Of a DNA stretch of 64,000 nucleotides, positions 1-15,000 are shown piece by piece. Under the pieces are notes generated by a model, which ran no database searches, was not told the DNA's origin, and saw only the letters and a list, made by a program, of their open reading frames with translations. The position numbers and the translations under genes were made by a program. Origin of the DNA: Leidyana gryllorum EB-2025a (taxonomy: Eukaryota; Protista; Apicomplexa); assembly GCA_048772705.1 (NCBI GenBank), contig JBLWGC010000104.1, positions 868,001 through 932,000 on the forward strand, written 5' to 3'. Position 1 is the first letter of the stretch. Each line of letters begins with the position of its first letter.

Positions 1-3000
1 ACCTTCGTCTCCGTGACCGGTCGATCTATTATCCATTTGCTTCTTTTCCTGCAGCAACTTCTCTTCAAGATTGTAACTATTTCGACCTCGGCTAAGTTTC
101 ATCAGATGACATTTCCCCTGATGACTTACTGTTTCGATTTCATGCGGAGAACCTTCGCATTGACATCGGAGATGCATCGCTTTGAAGCCCGAGAGACTCT
201 GCACTCATCTACACTCCACCCGGTCCGAGTGCCTCCGACACACATCAAGAATTTGTTCCGAAATCTAGCTGTAAGAAATGCCTTAGCGGACAACTGGACT
301 TATCTTGCCACCTCAGAGTTTGTCAAATTGCTGTGATATGTTCCAAGCAATACTCAAGAAGAAACAGAATTGTGATCTTCTGTGGTTCCCGGATCTGCCA
401 CAATCAGCTATATCTCTCAAGTCATACATTAGATACGGCTCGACACATAATGTTGGCTGCGACGGTGTCGTATTCTGCCTGCAAAGGAGGGATCTGCAAG
501 GGGTCTGGAGATTCTACAAAGCGTGGCTCAATTACGTTTACCACCGATGGAGTGACCTCATCCAGTCCAACTCAGCCACCTCTCTTCTCCACGAGCTGAA
601 GAGTGTACTGGAGTGTGCCTCCACACTCAACCAATGGGACCGTATATACGTTTATAGACGTATACTAACCGAATGTATTGAGCGATTCCATCTGAAGCCG
701 AGTTGTTATGCCGCAATCCTCGCGGTCGCAGCCGGCTGTGCAGACGATGTAAGTAGACGATGCTTCCCCCTCAGAGATTTCAACCCTATCTCTTTGATCA
801 CAGATCTGCTTGAAAGGCTTCGCCTTAAGATGTGCATATGGTTTCCTCCATATCCCTCGACAAGACCGCGAAGAGCACAATTGGGTGTACCCATTTTCGG
901 TTGAAGAAATACATTTTCTACAAACCCTCACCCTGAAGCGCAACGCTAACGGTTTCTGCAAGGAGCCTGCGAGTCCATGTGGCTGGTGAGCGTCTTTGCG
1001 GTCCGCCGTAGCCCTCCACTGTCATTCTTTATCTCTCTCTCTCCTTCAGGGGCGTCAATGCCATACTGCAGCACAGCTTCCCAAGTTTGTACCCAAATGC
1101 GCAGTGTCGCGGATGTGAGGTCCGAGCAGAGCACGGGAGTGCAATAGGTTTACAGGTCGTCTTGCTGCTCCACCACGACTGTCTCGCTCACTTTGGGAGT
1201 GTCAAGAAACACTGCGAGTTTCTCGAGGGAGTGCTCCCCGATTTGGACGACTTATTCCAGGACCCCATCTATCCCCTGTCTAATTACGTGCTCAAAACCA
1301 GCGAAGCTTACCGCATGAAAGAAACTATGCTCAAACACAGGGCCCAGAAGTGGGCACGTGAACGGGCAGTGGCCGCAGCCGCAGAGGCGGGAGACGATGA
1401 GAAGGCAGTGGATTATGAAGAAGAGTGTGACTTTTACTACAGTGATGACGAGGAAGGGGAGGCACCCCGTAAGGCAGATGGCACCGTTAGGATGGGCGAG
1501 TGGGAGAACAACTGGTATGATGACAGCTATCCTCCAATCAGAACCTGGGAAGCCAAGCCAGCCACTCAACAATGGAAGGGAGTGTTTGGCACCGGTCAAA
1601 GGAGAGCTCTTCGTGAGGCGCGAGGAGAAGATAAGCTCCTCGCCAAAGCGATACCAGACAAACTGGTCAAGTCAAGTCCAATATTCCATCTGGAAGGACT
1701 CCTATTTCTGCAGTCCCTTGCCTGGGCAACCGTCATTCGGTGTCACGACCACGTGCCCCAACTCCCCTTCATATGGACGCTCTGGGTTCTCGTCGCGTAA
1801 GTTGAAATTGTACCACTCTCATCATCGCGAATCTTCCTGTACAGTGGGCTGTATCCAAAAGAACAAGAGGATCCGGCGGCGGTATTGGATCCTTTGAGTG
1901 CAGAGGAGATGCGAGATGCTCCTGTCAAGGAGCCGACTACCAAACGTCTCGAGCTGTCCCGCGCTGGTCTCAGTAGGCTGGAAGGGATGGTGAATGACGG
2001 GTTTCTGGTTCGTCTGGATCTGGGTTTGAAGGAATCCAGGATTTGCGATTTGGTGTCAGTGGTCTTAGCTCTGGCAACTCGCTTCACTACCGTTTTCAAT
2101 CCTTCTGATTGGGTTCACTGGCAAGTTGAAGAGGCATTTGAAAAGATACTCAGATATACTCCTGCGCACAAGTTTGCCCGCACTGACCGGCTCGATCGCT
2201 TACTGTTGTGCCAATTGGTCGCATCGAGTTGGGCGGCGTCAGCTTTCCAGCTGCTCACACAATCTGTCCGTTCGCTCTTTCTTGCCATGTCGATCGGCGG
2301 CCCAGCTGATCTGGAATGGATCGAAGACACATTCGAGGTCATTCCGGGCAAGTTTGAGCTCTGGGAGAACGAGGGTTTGTCTCATATGCTCACCCACTGT
2401 ACCATTGCTCCAACGTGTATGCGGCACCGCTTCACCGCCGCTCTTCTCGACAGTCGCATGGACAAGCTGCCACCCTACATGAGCGCCAAAGTCAAACAGC
2501 TTCGGATGGTCGATATTATCTGGAAGATCAGCAAAGGCGATATATCCCCGAGATACCTGTCCGAGAAGACCAGACATTTTGAATGTAAGATGCAACACTG
2601 ACAGGTGTGATTATTATTGTTATCGCAGTCATAATCGCTGATGCCAGCCAAGGCGTGTCGATAGACGCATGTCGGATCTTGGGTAATGGTGGACGCGCTT
2701 CCTATATGTTGGAAGAGGGGATGGTGAACGAGCATTTGTCCCTTGAGAACAAACACGACCTGCTCTTCCTATTTGGAATACAGTCGCCCATGGCAAGGGA
2801 GGTCGCCGCAATCCCAACACCACCTCGGATGGTCGGCGATGGAATGGTGGAGGTTGAGCCCAACCAGAAACAAACGCATCGAAAGACTCGACTCCAGGCA
2901 GACTACGTGGATGCCAAACGTCGGTTACGGAACGGCTATATTGAGTTGACGATGCCAGAGAGGAATACTCAAATTGAAAAACGTCATGTTCTGATGGCCG

Positions 3001-6000
3001 AGATGGCTTTGGAGGTGTTGGGGCAGGCGGCCGCCCATCTTCACCAAGGCGAGCAATTGAACAACATCCCAGAGCATGAAGTGGACTGCCACTGCCCCAA
3101 CGGGGATGAAGAATTACTCTTCCAAGCCATTCGTTACATCATCTCACTCATACACTTCTTTGGTCTTCCGGTCGACGAGTTGGATATCGACGCCCGCGAT
3201 CAACGCGATACTTTTTACCGACCGCAGGACCTGTTGACTCCCAATCCCTTTGAGGATTTGGGGAGTAAAAGCCCGCTCGATCTGCGAGAAATGCAGAGTA
3301 TCTTGCTGGATGATTTGTACTGCCCGTCGGTGGTGAAAGGAGATCTCTTTTATCCCGTTGACCCTTACACCAAAAATCGGTCTCCATCAGCTCCCAAGAA
3401 GAAGGAAGGACCCTATTCTGTTGAGGAAGAGCAGATTCTACAGACTGAGGATCACCGGCTGCGCACTGATGTGGATATGGATGGACACTATGAGGAGAGA
3501 CGTTTTCAGTTGGTGCGGGGAGAAAGTCGACTCCAATCCCCGACTGGGATTCGTAGTTCTTTCTGCAAGGTGGGAAACGATAAGGCTTTCCTGCGAAGTG
3601 TCCGGGAGGCCCGCAAAGAGGTTCTCGGCCCCAAACGCAGGGATCACTCACTGGTGGTTCGGATGGGATACGCAATGAAAGCCATTCTGCATCATTTGAG
3701 ACACCTGAACGCCGGCAGTGCCGCCTTCACCATTGCGTAAGCCGATTTCTCCGAGTCTCTCATATGTTTCGCTCCTCTCGCACAGATGTTCCCGCGCCGT
3801 TTTGTCGGTCTTGGAGGATATGACCAGTCGATGGGGAAGATGGAATGAAAGCATACTGGATATGTGGCGCTACATCCTGACTGACGTGTTGCCTTTCATC
3901 CATGATAATGAGTACTTGGCTCTACAGCTCCATCGGTTCGCCCTGGAGCAGTCCTCACTGCCAGTGAAGCTTCTGACATTAAGTTCCATGCGCAGTGTCA
4001 AGATGCACTTCAGCGGTTGTAAAGGGCGCGCGAGCAAATATGGAGAATGGCAGAAAGAGGAGGTGACCGAAGAGCGTCAATGGCTGCCACTGGCCTCGGG
4101 TGCTGTCGACTATGTGTTCCAAGTGTTGACATACGGCCACACATTCTACTGGATGAGTCCTCAAGAAGCGATAGAACTCGTCTCATGGCGACCCAACCGG
4201 CGGAGAGTTGTCAGTGAGATCATTGTTGAAGGTGCCAAATTGGGCTTGATGGATCTCTACTTTGCTGATGATCTCCAACAGCTCTTTTCGAGACAACATT
4301 GGGGCGTGTGGCAGAATTATCAGCACTGGGCTCCTCGAGCAAGCGCTCTCGATGATTACTGGACGCTCAGAGACACCATCCAATTCGCTCTCATCACAAT
4401 GATCCTCGATCCTCCCAAAACCAGAGTCGAAGCCTCACTCGAAGGTGGTGTTCCTCGCAAGACACAACTCCCCGCCTGGCCCTCACGAGAGTACGTTGAT
4501 CATGCTAAAGAGCTCTACGAAGTCCCTCTGCTGTGCACGTATTGGTGTGGGTGTGTGCTGGAGGTCCTCGAGGGTCTCGGAGAATGTCGTTTCCCTTTGG
4601 ATATCGTACCGGATATCTTGTATTGTGAGGCCTGGATTGTACCCGAATTGAATACTGGTGCCGACAAGTGGATCAGACTCCTCGCTCACTGTCTCCGACT
4701 CATCACTGTGGGGACGAAAAAGTATGCGCCGGATCTCTTGGATCCCCGCACTCGCATCTACGCCGAAGGGATTCAGCGATACTCTGATGACAGTGAGAGA
4801 GAGCTTCAGCGTATTTTGAGGATGAGAAAGACACTGACCTTCGTCGAACAAGTTCTCGCCATGGGATCTCTCATGCTCAACACCCATGGACGTTTGATGA
4901 ACAAAGCCCGACCCCCACGCGAAGAGCACACCGAGGTTCTTGATGAGTTCTGGGAGACCGCTTATGAGATGATGGAAATGCCAGACAACCCGGAAGAGGT
5001 TGAGGAAGTAGTAACTCAACGCCAAAAGTTCTACTATGCCTTCAAAGAGCTGGAGACTGCGTATGTCGCCGTCTTGACCAATCAGTTTGTCGATCGTTCC
5101 GAGGATGATCCGTACTTACTGGCGGCCAACGAAGACCCGAAAGCTGCCTATGATGTCCTCTTAAAATGCTTTTGCGACCTCCTGTGGCTCGAGGAGATGG
5201 AGACGGTGCGGCAGGCTGGAAAGTGTACTAAGCCGTCCACTCGTCAGTTCAAGTACACGCCGTCCAACACAGAGCAGCCTCTCGAAATCGAAACCCTCGC
5301 ATTCTACTATGGTTATAGCCCACAGCGAATATTGAGGCCGCGGGGGGAGATCGAGAGGCTTATCCACATCATTGGGGTCAAATTCCGAATTGTGGATGAC
5401 AAGTGTCCTCCAAACTCTACCACCAATACACTCTCCCAGTACAGAACCACAATGCCTGCTGGAACGCCGAATCTGTTCAGAACTCCCGCCAAAGACGCTG
5501 TATCATACCTGAGCTCAAGTCCGTGCCTCACAAAGTATGATAAACGGTGCTTCCGGAATCGTTTCTCGTGTGAAGGCAGTCTGAAGACTACGACGCTGTT
5601 CCAAAGGCATGTTACTGTCGAGATCAATATGTTTCTCCACGCCGAGTTTGCCAACCAGACGCACTTCAGATCCCAATGCTTCACTCTACAACGGCTCATG
5701 GAGCACTCGGCGATGTACGAAGCTCTGCCTAATCCTCAGCAACAGTCATTCAGACCGTTGCTGTATCTGGATGATCGCACTGCTATACTGTGTCAGGGTC
5801 GGGCCACTATCTATCAGGAGACTTGTCGGGAGTGTTTGGCCACTTTCATTGCCCAGTCGTTACCCAAATATGTTATGCCAGATTTGCGGGTGCTCAGGGT
5901 AAGTGTCCTCATGGGGTTGACTCAATCTCCATCTTGTAATGTCCACTTCAGACTCTCGCTCGAGCAGTGGCCTTCTTCCCCTTTTGGCTGAAGATCGAGA

Positions 6001-9000
6001 CAATCTTTGTTCAGCTGACCCGATGTCTCGAGGCGGAGGTTCGGACCTCCAACCAGACGTATCTCAGTGTGATTGATCATCGGATCAGCAAAGTGGACGT
6101 TGTCAATGCACCCAGCGTGGACCAACTCCTCCTGGCGTCTCCAGTCACGGCCAAGCTGCAGACGGTGAGTGTCGAGTGGTGCGCGTGGTCTCAACTCTTA
6201 TTTCTACTTTGCAGCTCCAAAGAGTGAGATCGATATGGACACTTCTGCTATTGGTCGCTCGTACTTCCATTGAGTATCCCATGGGGCATTTGTTGATATA
6301 CATCAATCGGCAGTCCGTCATATTGTTCGACGCCTGTTTCGGCCCTTCAAGTATACATCGACCAATCTTGATGGCAGCTGACATTCATTCTGCCTTGCAG
6401 CCCGAGACGTTACTGCACCAATCACTTCTGCAACTCTTCGCGATCTCGTTACCTGTTCAGGAGGCGATTCCCATTCCAGAATGTGTGGCAGAGATATCTG
6501 ACACAGAGTTCACACCTCCCCACTGTGTACTGGAGGCTTCCAGTGGTTCGAGGAAGATTCGAGCCATTCTCTTGGCTCCTCTATTCCAGCCAAGAGTCAC
6601 AGACATTGCCATGAGTGGTGTTGTCGGGCCGGGCGCAACAGTGTCAGAGGTGAAGAAGCTGACGGGTACAACAGCTAAGATGTTGCCCATTTGGTCCTTC
6701 TCTGCCAGTCTGATGGCCGTCATACGACAGATTATCGTTCGAGAGGGGTGCGAGATGCCTATAGCCCATTGGAATCTGCTGCATGAAGTAGCACAACGTG
6801 ATATGCTGCCGTGGGTATCCAGTCCTCTGGAGCATCGCGCACCACCACCCGTGGACGGGAAGCTTGCGGCCAAACTATTCTGGTCTGCAATGATTCTCGT
6901 CAGTCGGCCGTGGCAAGACGATATTATAGCCGCACCCTTTGGACGGCGACTCTGCCTGATGGATGGTTTGGACATGACCGTCACCAGATATGACTTACCC
7001 CACGAGTTGGTATTCATGTTGACCAATCGATTGAGGTGTCTCGTTCGGAGCAGCAATAGTGTCGACACTAACGCACTCAAAACTATGGCACTGGGAGAAG
7101 ATATGTTCTGCTTCCGAGATCCTTTTCCTTCGAGCTGGTTGGGGAAAGCGGATGTTGGCTTTGTGCTGCACAGTATCTTCACCCACCGCCACGAGCAGAC
7201 CAGAGTAATGATGCACAGTATGCGGTGGCTAGCTGAAAGGAATGTCTCAGCCTGCGTACAAGCCCTGCATTTCCTCGTTCGACGGATGGAACATGTTGGT
7301 CGACAAATCGCTACTATAGCCGCCTCGAAGCCGGGTTGGGGAAAAGAAGATGGAGACATCTTCAACTACGAACAGGCCATGCTGCAGTGGAACGACGTTG
7401 CTCAGTGTATTCGGGACATTGCGGGAGTCAAAGGTTGCAGTGGCCACAGGGATAAAGATGGCCAGGATATTCAACCTCCTCCGCCAGGTCCAATATTGAT
7501 GGAATGGCTGACCGAAGACGTTGTGCGAGGCCTGAATGCTTTCACAGCCGAAGTATTCGCAATCAGTCGAATGGACTTTTGGCCAATTCTGGTCAAACTG
7601 AGTCTTTTCTTGGCGTTCTGTAGTTACCACAATGAGCCGTGGCCAGAGTGGGTGTGGAGACCAATGGTTGGGGTGACCCAAGCCATTTGGCATTCTGATG
7701 TCCCTCCATCGGTACTGTCCTTATCTCGCAAAGTTTGCGGACGTCTCGAAGATCGTGTACGATGGTTCGAAGTCGCCTCGGGCAGTCTGCACACTTTGCT
7801 CTCTGTTTTGGTCGGCGGTGCAATGCACACTCAAGTTCAAAGTCTCACAAAGTCAATGGTGGATGAAGACTTTGATGAGTTGGCCATAACATATTCCGAT
7901 CGACCGAATCCGCTTCCTTGGCTGAGTGGCAAAGTACCGCTGTTGCTGAACGAGGACGCTTTCCCTCTGTTGCGAGTGAGACTCATGTCGGCCAAAGATC
8001 AAGACTTTTGGCCCATCGCTGGGTCCTTGGCTGCACTCCCCAATCCACCATCCCCTCTGATCCCTCTGCTCGCCGGAGCGTTGCACGCCCGATTGATTGG
8101 CGACTCCCAAACTACGCCGGTCCCCGTCTCGGCGAGCAATATGAATCACGCAGAATACGCGGAATTCCTCAAGGCTCACAGCGGCTTCCACCTCCCTCTG
8201 TTCTGGAAATGCCTCAAAGATTGGCTTCTCGCTCAACCCGTTGACACCGGCGGGGCTGACACTTACAAATGGGCTCCACTATTCGTCAAACTCTTCATGG
8301 GCTCGGCTCCGCATAAAGACGCGAATTACTCGCCCGTAAGTTGAATCTCCTTTGACCATTCCACCTCTATTCCTCCGTAGCATCAAGTTGTTGGCATTCT
8401 TTCCTATTTGGACGCTCTGCTGGGGCGTCGCTTCACAGTCGGAGGTGGCAGGAATATCCATGACGCCTCGGTGGTCAACACAGAATGGATCGAATGCTTT
8501 GCTGAGGTGTTGGTGGCTAACATCCCGTTGCCGGACGGCGTTGCCGGCCTGGTGACTGAATTGGCCAATGGCGGAAGCAGTGCCTTACCAACTTTGGAGC
8601 AGATGGTGAATTTCATCGGTCACAAGTTGCGAATGCCAGCGATGGTTTACGTCTCCAAGGGTGCTCGGGACAGTCTGAGAGCCCATCAGTTCCTCTGGGT
8701 GGCTATTATTACCTTCATGGTGGAGACGTTCCGCATCATTCGGAATGATCCTCCGTTGATCGAACAAGGCGTAAGTGTGCAACTTCCTCCCACCCCACCT
8801 CAATTGCTATTGGTTCTCAGATGCCTGACGTATTGCTCCCAGTGATGGGGTATGCCTCGTCGCAGATTACGTACATCAGTCCCTACGAGGAAATGTTCGA
8901 ACCACAGGAAATGGAACGCATCAGAGCCATCACACTCTACTGCAAATCGCTGGCGAGGAACGATGCTGTACAGACTCATCCTTTCATTTGTCGCTTCGTC

Positions 9001-12000
9001 ACCTTCTACAGCCGACTGCTCCAGTCCCTCTGGGACGCCAGTGGTATGGGGGCATACGGCGAGTCAACTGTGTTGGTACCTCTGCGCACAGAACGCGTTA
9101 GCATCAGAGGCGGGAACTCTGACGCTATAGCGGGTCCGGCACAGATCGCTGATATCCTCGCCACATGGGCTCTCGGCACCCACTCGTATCTGGAAGCTGT
9201 ACCCCACTCCCTTTCGCTTGTGAATCTGCTCCAGATCACAGAGACACACATGAATATTCTTCAAGGGCAGGCTGGCCTGGGACACTGGGGGAGTAGCACC
9301 TCCCCGCAGCCACCCGTACTGAATGAGAATGGAGTGAGCTTTGTGAGTTCGAGCTTGGGTGGCGCTCAGGGCACTGGCAACCCATACACTGGAGCTGGTC
9401 AGGGCACAACCACTTTCCCGTTTGGACACACTGTCCGTGACGTCTCAAAGCTCTGTGCGCCTTTCAACACCTTCAGTTTGGCGCCTCCTTTAAATCGAAG
9501 TCTGGTTGCGCAAGTCTTGGGTTATCACACACGATTTTTGGTACCCACTCTGAGGATCTTATACGTCTCCTTGACTTGGGAACTCCATGACACGGTGCGT
9601 CACGCACGTGAAGATGGTCGAAGTAAGCCCGCCGAGATACAAGCCTTGGAGCAGAGTGCTGTATGTGCGCCATCACGAAAGAACCTCGAGACAGTTATTC
9701 GCCACCTGACAATTATGCCTATGATGCTGGGAGCTTCTCGACGCGCTCATCAAGTGGCTTTGGCTGAGTTTATAACTATCGCAATGATGCTGGGATGGCT
9801 CGAAGGTGCTCCCGTTCATGTCAGCATTCATCTGCACAAGTTTGTGATCACTCAATATCGGTACTTTGGTTGGGCGTACGCAAGGCTCAATAGACGGCTA
9901 AAGGGGACACAATGCACTGTGTCTCCATTCTCTTTCCGCCTCTTCTTGGACGGCTTGTTGGAGTTCCGACGGAACTGTAATTTGACCCATCCAGACATTG
10001 ATGTGGAAGCTTCAATGTTGGGGGTAGCCCTACTCCAGCTCAATCGCACTTGGAGTCTGTTGGACGTAACCAGTGGTCCCAAGCGTCAAGGCCCTCTGTC
10101 GACGAGTCAGAGCTCCAATTCTGAAGTGGTCCTCGAGTTTATTCTCGGATACCTTTTGTGTGACGAAGCGCAGCATGTGTGTACTTACAACAATGCTGGT
10201 CTGGGTGATCAAGCGTATCTTGCGTTGCGCGATTTCTGCGCCGAGGAAGTACGGATCAGACTCTACGTGGATGATGTTCATACTGATCTGTCGAGTTTGG
10301 AGACGAGTACGGCACTCTTAGATGCCATCTACAACTTGCGGATACCCGCCTTGTTGCACACAGATCTGAGCAAGATATTCCTGAGAGTGTACTATCTGTT
10401 GACCGCAAACACCGCTATCTCCAAGTTGCGAACGGAAGATTTGACGCATCTCCCAGTCGTGAAAGGAGGCAACCGGATTCCGGAATTTATACAAACAGCA
10501 GAAGCGGCAGCGCGGCTGTACCAACAACATTGTTTTGTCGACGAGACACAGGCTCGCGTGTCTGCTGCTTTGTTGTCCCCACCACCCAAGTTGGCTCACA
10601 TTTATGAAGGTGCGACGGTGACCGCTGAGCAGGTTCACTTGGCCGGGAATCCGGTTGAGTCTCAGCCGGGCCGTGCAGCTCAAGAGATGCTACAGAAGGG
10701 TGCTCCCTTCTCTTGGAGTGTATTCCGCCGAGCAGTGATTGCACGATCCATTAGTAGCAATCTGAGGGAGGGGGTGGGAGTAAATGACCCAGCGGTGGTC
10801 AAGGCTCTGACGGTTCTGACCATACCTGCGAGAGAGCGGCATAGTGCACCCGAAACCTATGTTGAGGATATCGCTCAGTGGATAGATCCATCTGACGATT
10901 ATATGTATCACGGGATGTTGGACCATCAAGGGCAGTCTCCCGTCGCTGAGAAGCCCGTGACGACGACAGAGGCGAGCAGTAAGTATATCGATCCCAGTCG
11001 GTTCGCTTACGGTACCGGTTGGTGTTGGTGGAAGGCTCAAGGGTTGGATGCCGATGGGACGCCTCGGAGTGCTGACCCAACTCAAATGAGAGCTCAAAGC
11101 AATCTGTTCGGCACATTCGAGAACGACGACTTTCTCAGTTTGGTTCATGGAGGCGATGATTTCTGGGATACCTCAATGTCCACCCGGATGGCATTCATTA
11201 AGCTTCTGGAACGTCAGTGGTTTAGTGTAAGAACTCAAGTCCGAGATGACCTGGCGTTGTGGGATAAAGGTTTCACAGACTCGTGGTATGGGGTGAGAGC
11301 TCAGAGAATTTCATCAGAGGAAGAACGCCGTAAACAAGAGTTCATCAATATGTTGCGGTCCTTCATGCAACATCAAGTAGTCGCTGATCCGGTCGAAACT
11401 TATCTAAGAGATCACATATTGGCGGTATATCATACATTCCGCGTGACGGACAGTAATGATGAGACAGGGGGGGCGGCCGGCGGCGGATCTGCGTCGTCAT
11501 CTGGCGAGTCCCTTATCGCCACGTCTCGATTGCTTCGAAAAATTGTCACTACGGGCAAATCCCCCTCAATCACGTACTGCGCAGACTACGGCAAAGTTCA
11601 GGATCCGGTCATGGGTCTTCGCCACACAAGTTACACTGGTCTGATCGATATGCCAGGGGTCTCCAAGCCAAAACTGATGTCGATGCTGAGACTGGGTGTT
11701 GTAGCACCCCGCTTGGCAAGTCGGCCACTCGCGAATAGAGAAACTGCGCGATCTTTGATCCGTCTCCTAAGCCAACTCAGATGGACTATCCGTCTGCGAA
11801 TGGATAGATACCGCAGTGTGTACACTCAATCACTTGCATACTACCGCAGGAGCGCCAACATGCTGGTGGGTGTAATTGAAGGAGACCAAACATTACCACC
11901 GCAACACGACCCATCATCCAACACCCAGACCACGAACTTCCCTAAGGCCTCTGTATCGGCTGGAGATCCGATGGCACCGAGGAAAAATCTTCCGCGGGGA

Positions 12001-15000
12001 CCGGATCCGCTCCAGACTCTGTGGGACATTTCAGAACTCGATATCTCCATGGACGACTCAGAAGAGATACCACAAACCGCTTTCGTCTGGACCTTTGCCG
12101 AGAATATACCATTGCTGTGTTTTGAAACACCTTTGAGAGAATTTGAGGAAGACGATGAGGAAACTATTGTTCTCGGCGTTGGGTGGTTGAGAGCCATTAT
12201 GCCGAAGCATTGGGCCACCCTTCCAGATCGCTTCTCTGCGGCGAAGAGACCGTCGTGGTGGAGCTGGTTCCCCCTGACTGACAACAAAGCTACATTTGAG
12301 GGCCAAACGGCCTACCAAGTGAGAGCTCTCGATCAATTGAAAAGCTTGGCTTCCGTGTCGGTTGTGACGCTCAACAAAGGGGGTGGCCGTGAGAGCGAAG
12401 TCGGATGGGAAGCCGTCCATCACCCAGATGGCCTGCCGATGGGTCGAACAGACGACCCCGATTATGTGCAGTCGTTGAAAGAATACCTAAGAACAGAGTT
12501 CCCCGAGATGTATAGCAACAAGGAAGAGTTCATCAACGTCCTAATTGACTGTTTGAAGGACCGTCGGTCGAGTGAACGGATATTTAGCGAGTATCTACCG
12601 CAATTCCCGCCCTCACTCCTCAGTTACGTTGGATCGAAACTTGGGTTGCGGTCTGAGGCCATTCAGCTCCTCTTGCATCAACTGCAGGACACTTCTGTTA
12701 ACCAGGATCCCGCGCTGATGAATGAGATCCTCCAAGAAATGCTTCAGCTCGCCCGAGGACTGACAGATAATGAGAAGTTGGATGTGGCGATCCGTCGTTG
12801 GTTTGCCTATACCTACGATTGCCGTTTGTTGAATAACTCTGCCGTCGACATCCCGGCGTCAGAAAAAGCTGAGTTGGTTGCAGGTCTCAAGGATCCTAAA
12901 CATCGAAAAAGCCAGCTTCCACAGGTCGAATCATTACGGAACGCCAGTCTCCGACGCAGACAACAATTGTACGCGTTGAGTCTCTGGTCGTCGAGAATGT
13001 ACAACAGCGCTCAGGAATACACTCAGCGATGTCTACGACAAAGTTTGATGCTGATCACCGCAAGTGATGAAGAGCGTTTGGCATACTTCTTGCGCTTGAA
13101 GGATCGAGTTGTCGAAATGAACGCTCATCACTCACAACTTCGCAATAATTCGGAGAACGCTATGGGAAGTTACAGACATGCAACCGGGTCGTTCACGGGT
13201 CTTCGATGGCTCGAGTCGATCTTCAAGAGTTACTTCTTGGACGAAATGAACAGTATTGTGATGGTGGCCACTGAGGGCAGTCGTCGAACGAATCAATGGA
13301 GTTATTTGAGTGACTTGGCGAAGCATCTTTCAGTCAGTCTGAACGCTGATTGCGCCGCTAAACTGCAAAACTGGGGCAGTCTGGAGGATTTGGTGGCTGC
13401 TCACCATCTGGGAAGCAGCTTGGCCAGGGATCTCGACGCCTTGGGAAAGATTCCTCAATTGATGGGAATGATATCTCAGCATCCTGGCTATAATGGGGGA
13501 AGCGTCTCGGGTGACGCTGCCCAAATAGCCAAACTCTCTGTCATAAGCGCGTTGGAGCCGTGTGCAAATGTTGATCTCATCAAGACCATCAGCTACCTTC
13601 TCGCCACCTCGAAATCGGTGGCGGCAATGGCCATGTCTGGCGGTACCACTACCACCACTGGGGGCAGTGGTGAGCACTCTGGACCCACTGCGCTGGTCCT
13701 CGGTGTGATCTCGTTGATCAGTCATATGCTGATTACACTGTGGACAAGTTGCCGCGATGCTCAAACGCGAATCTCGACAATGGACGACTATCCGAATACC
13801 GCCTGTTTGTTGGAGCTGCAGTGTTTGGTTGAAGCAACAGAGGGTATGGTGGGCGCTTTATCGTTCCTCTCCGAGTTTTGTGGTCGGGCTGCCCAGCTCA
13901 GCTTCGCCAGTACTGGAGCCAACAACAAAGATGAAGATTTGGAATTCACACCTGGCAGTGCCTGTATCGATATGGTGTGGCGATGGAGGATCAGAAGTCC
14001 GCCAATCTGGGTTGGATTGGATATGTTGAGCGATCTATTCGTCCGCAGAAACTTCCTCTTCGCTCTGTATACCAATTTGATACTACGGGGGCCTGAAGCT
14101 ATGTCAGCAGTTGGGAAAGTAGCGAGAGTGCCAGGCCACAATGGCACCTCGTCGGCGTCAAGTGGACAAGGCGGTCTGTCAGAAGCCAGCCAAGTCCTAC
14201 AGGACATCAGTCGGACTATGTTGAGCTTCGTTCACAGCGCGAGGAAAGTGTACGGTCTCGCAGATGTTGCTGGTACTCTCCTCACCCGCATGCGGCAACT
14301 CCCACACTTCACATCAATGCCTGCGAACTCACCTGAGGTCTTGGCCAGCACTCTCGAGAAGGTCAAACTGTTGGTCTGTTGTGCACAACCTGTCAAAGGT
14401 CAACCGGGTGCGGACGAGGGAAAGTCGTCTGCAGATGGATCAGCAACTGCCGTCACCTCCGGAAGTGGCAGTGACCACTCGAGCGACCCTAATGCGATGC
14501 TGAGTCACTGGGTTGCAGCGCTCAATCTTCTCAACGCCGTCGACGTCTCCAAGCCAGAGTTGGGACCAACTTGGTATAACGCGTATCGTCATGGGAATCA
14601 ACGTCCCGGCGCCCCCCCAGGACCCTTCATGCCAATGATACTTCAGATACTCGACTTCATCAAGCCGTACTCTGGATGTCTTCAGCAACCTTCGGGCAGC
14701 AAAGGCTCCCCAACAGTCCTCAATCCCAATGCGGCGACATCCCCGCCCACTGCCAGTGGAAACCCACTGAGTATCCGGCCTCACTACGTTGGGGATATCA
14801 CGATCCCCGCTGCTGCTCCCAATACCTCGGCTCCGTCCAATCCCAACCAACCACCCACCCCTCCGAGCCCCACAGCGGCCCAGAGTCAAAATCAGGCTGG
14901 CAATACTGTAATCCCGTTGTCTCCGGAATTGAGCTACATCGAGCCAGACCGGCCCGATGGACGTATGACGAGAAAGCAAGCTGATTCCTTCAAATTCCAA

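Noticed and set aside
1-8845. Series of offset ORFs suggesting pseudogenes, frameshifts or an operon
   Set aside because: Every junction is explained by a 44-64 nt GT-AG intron that preserves frame into one gene.
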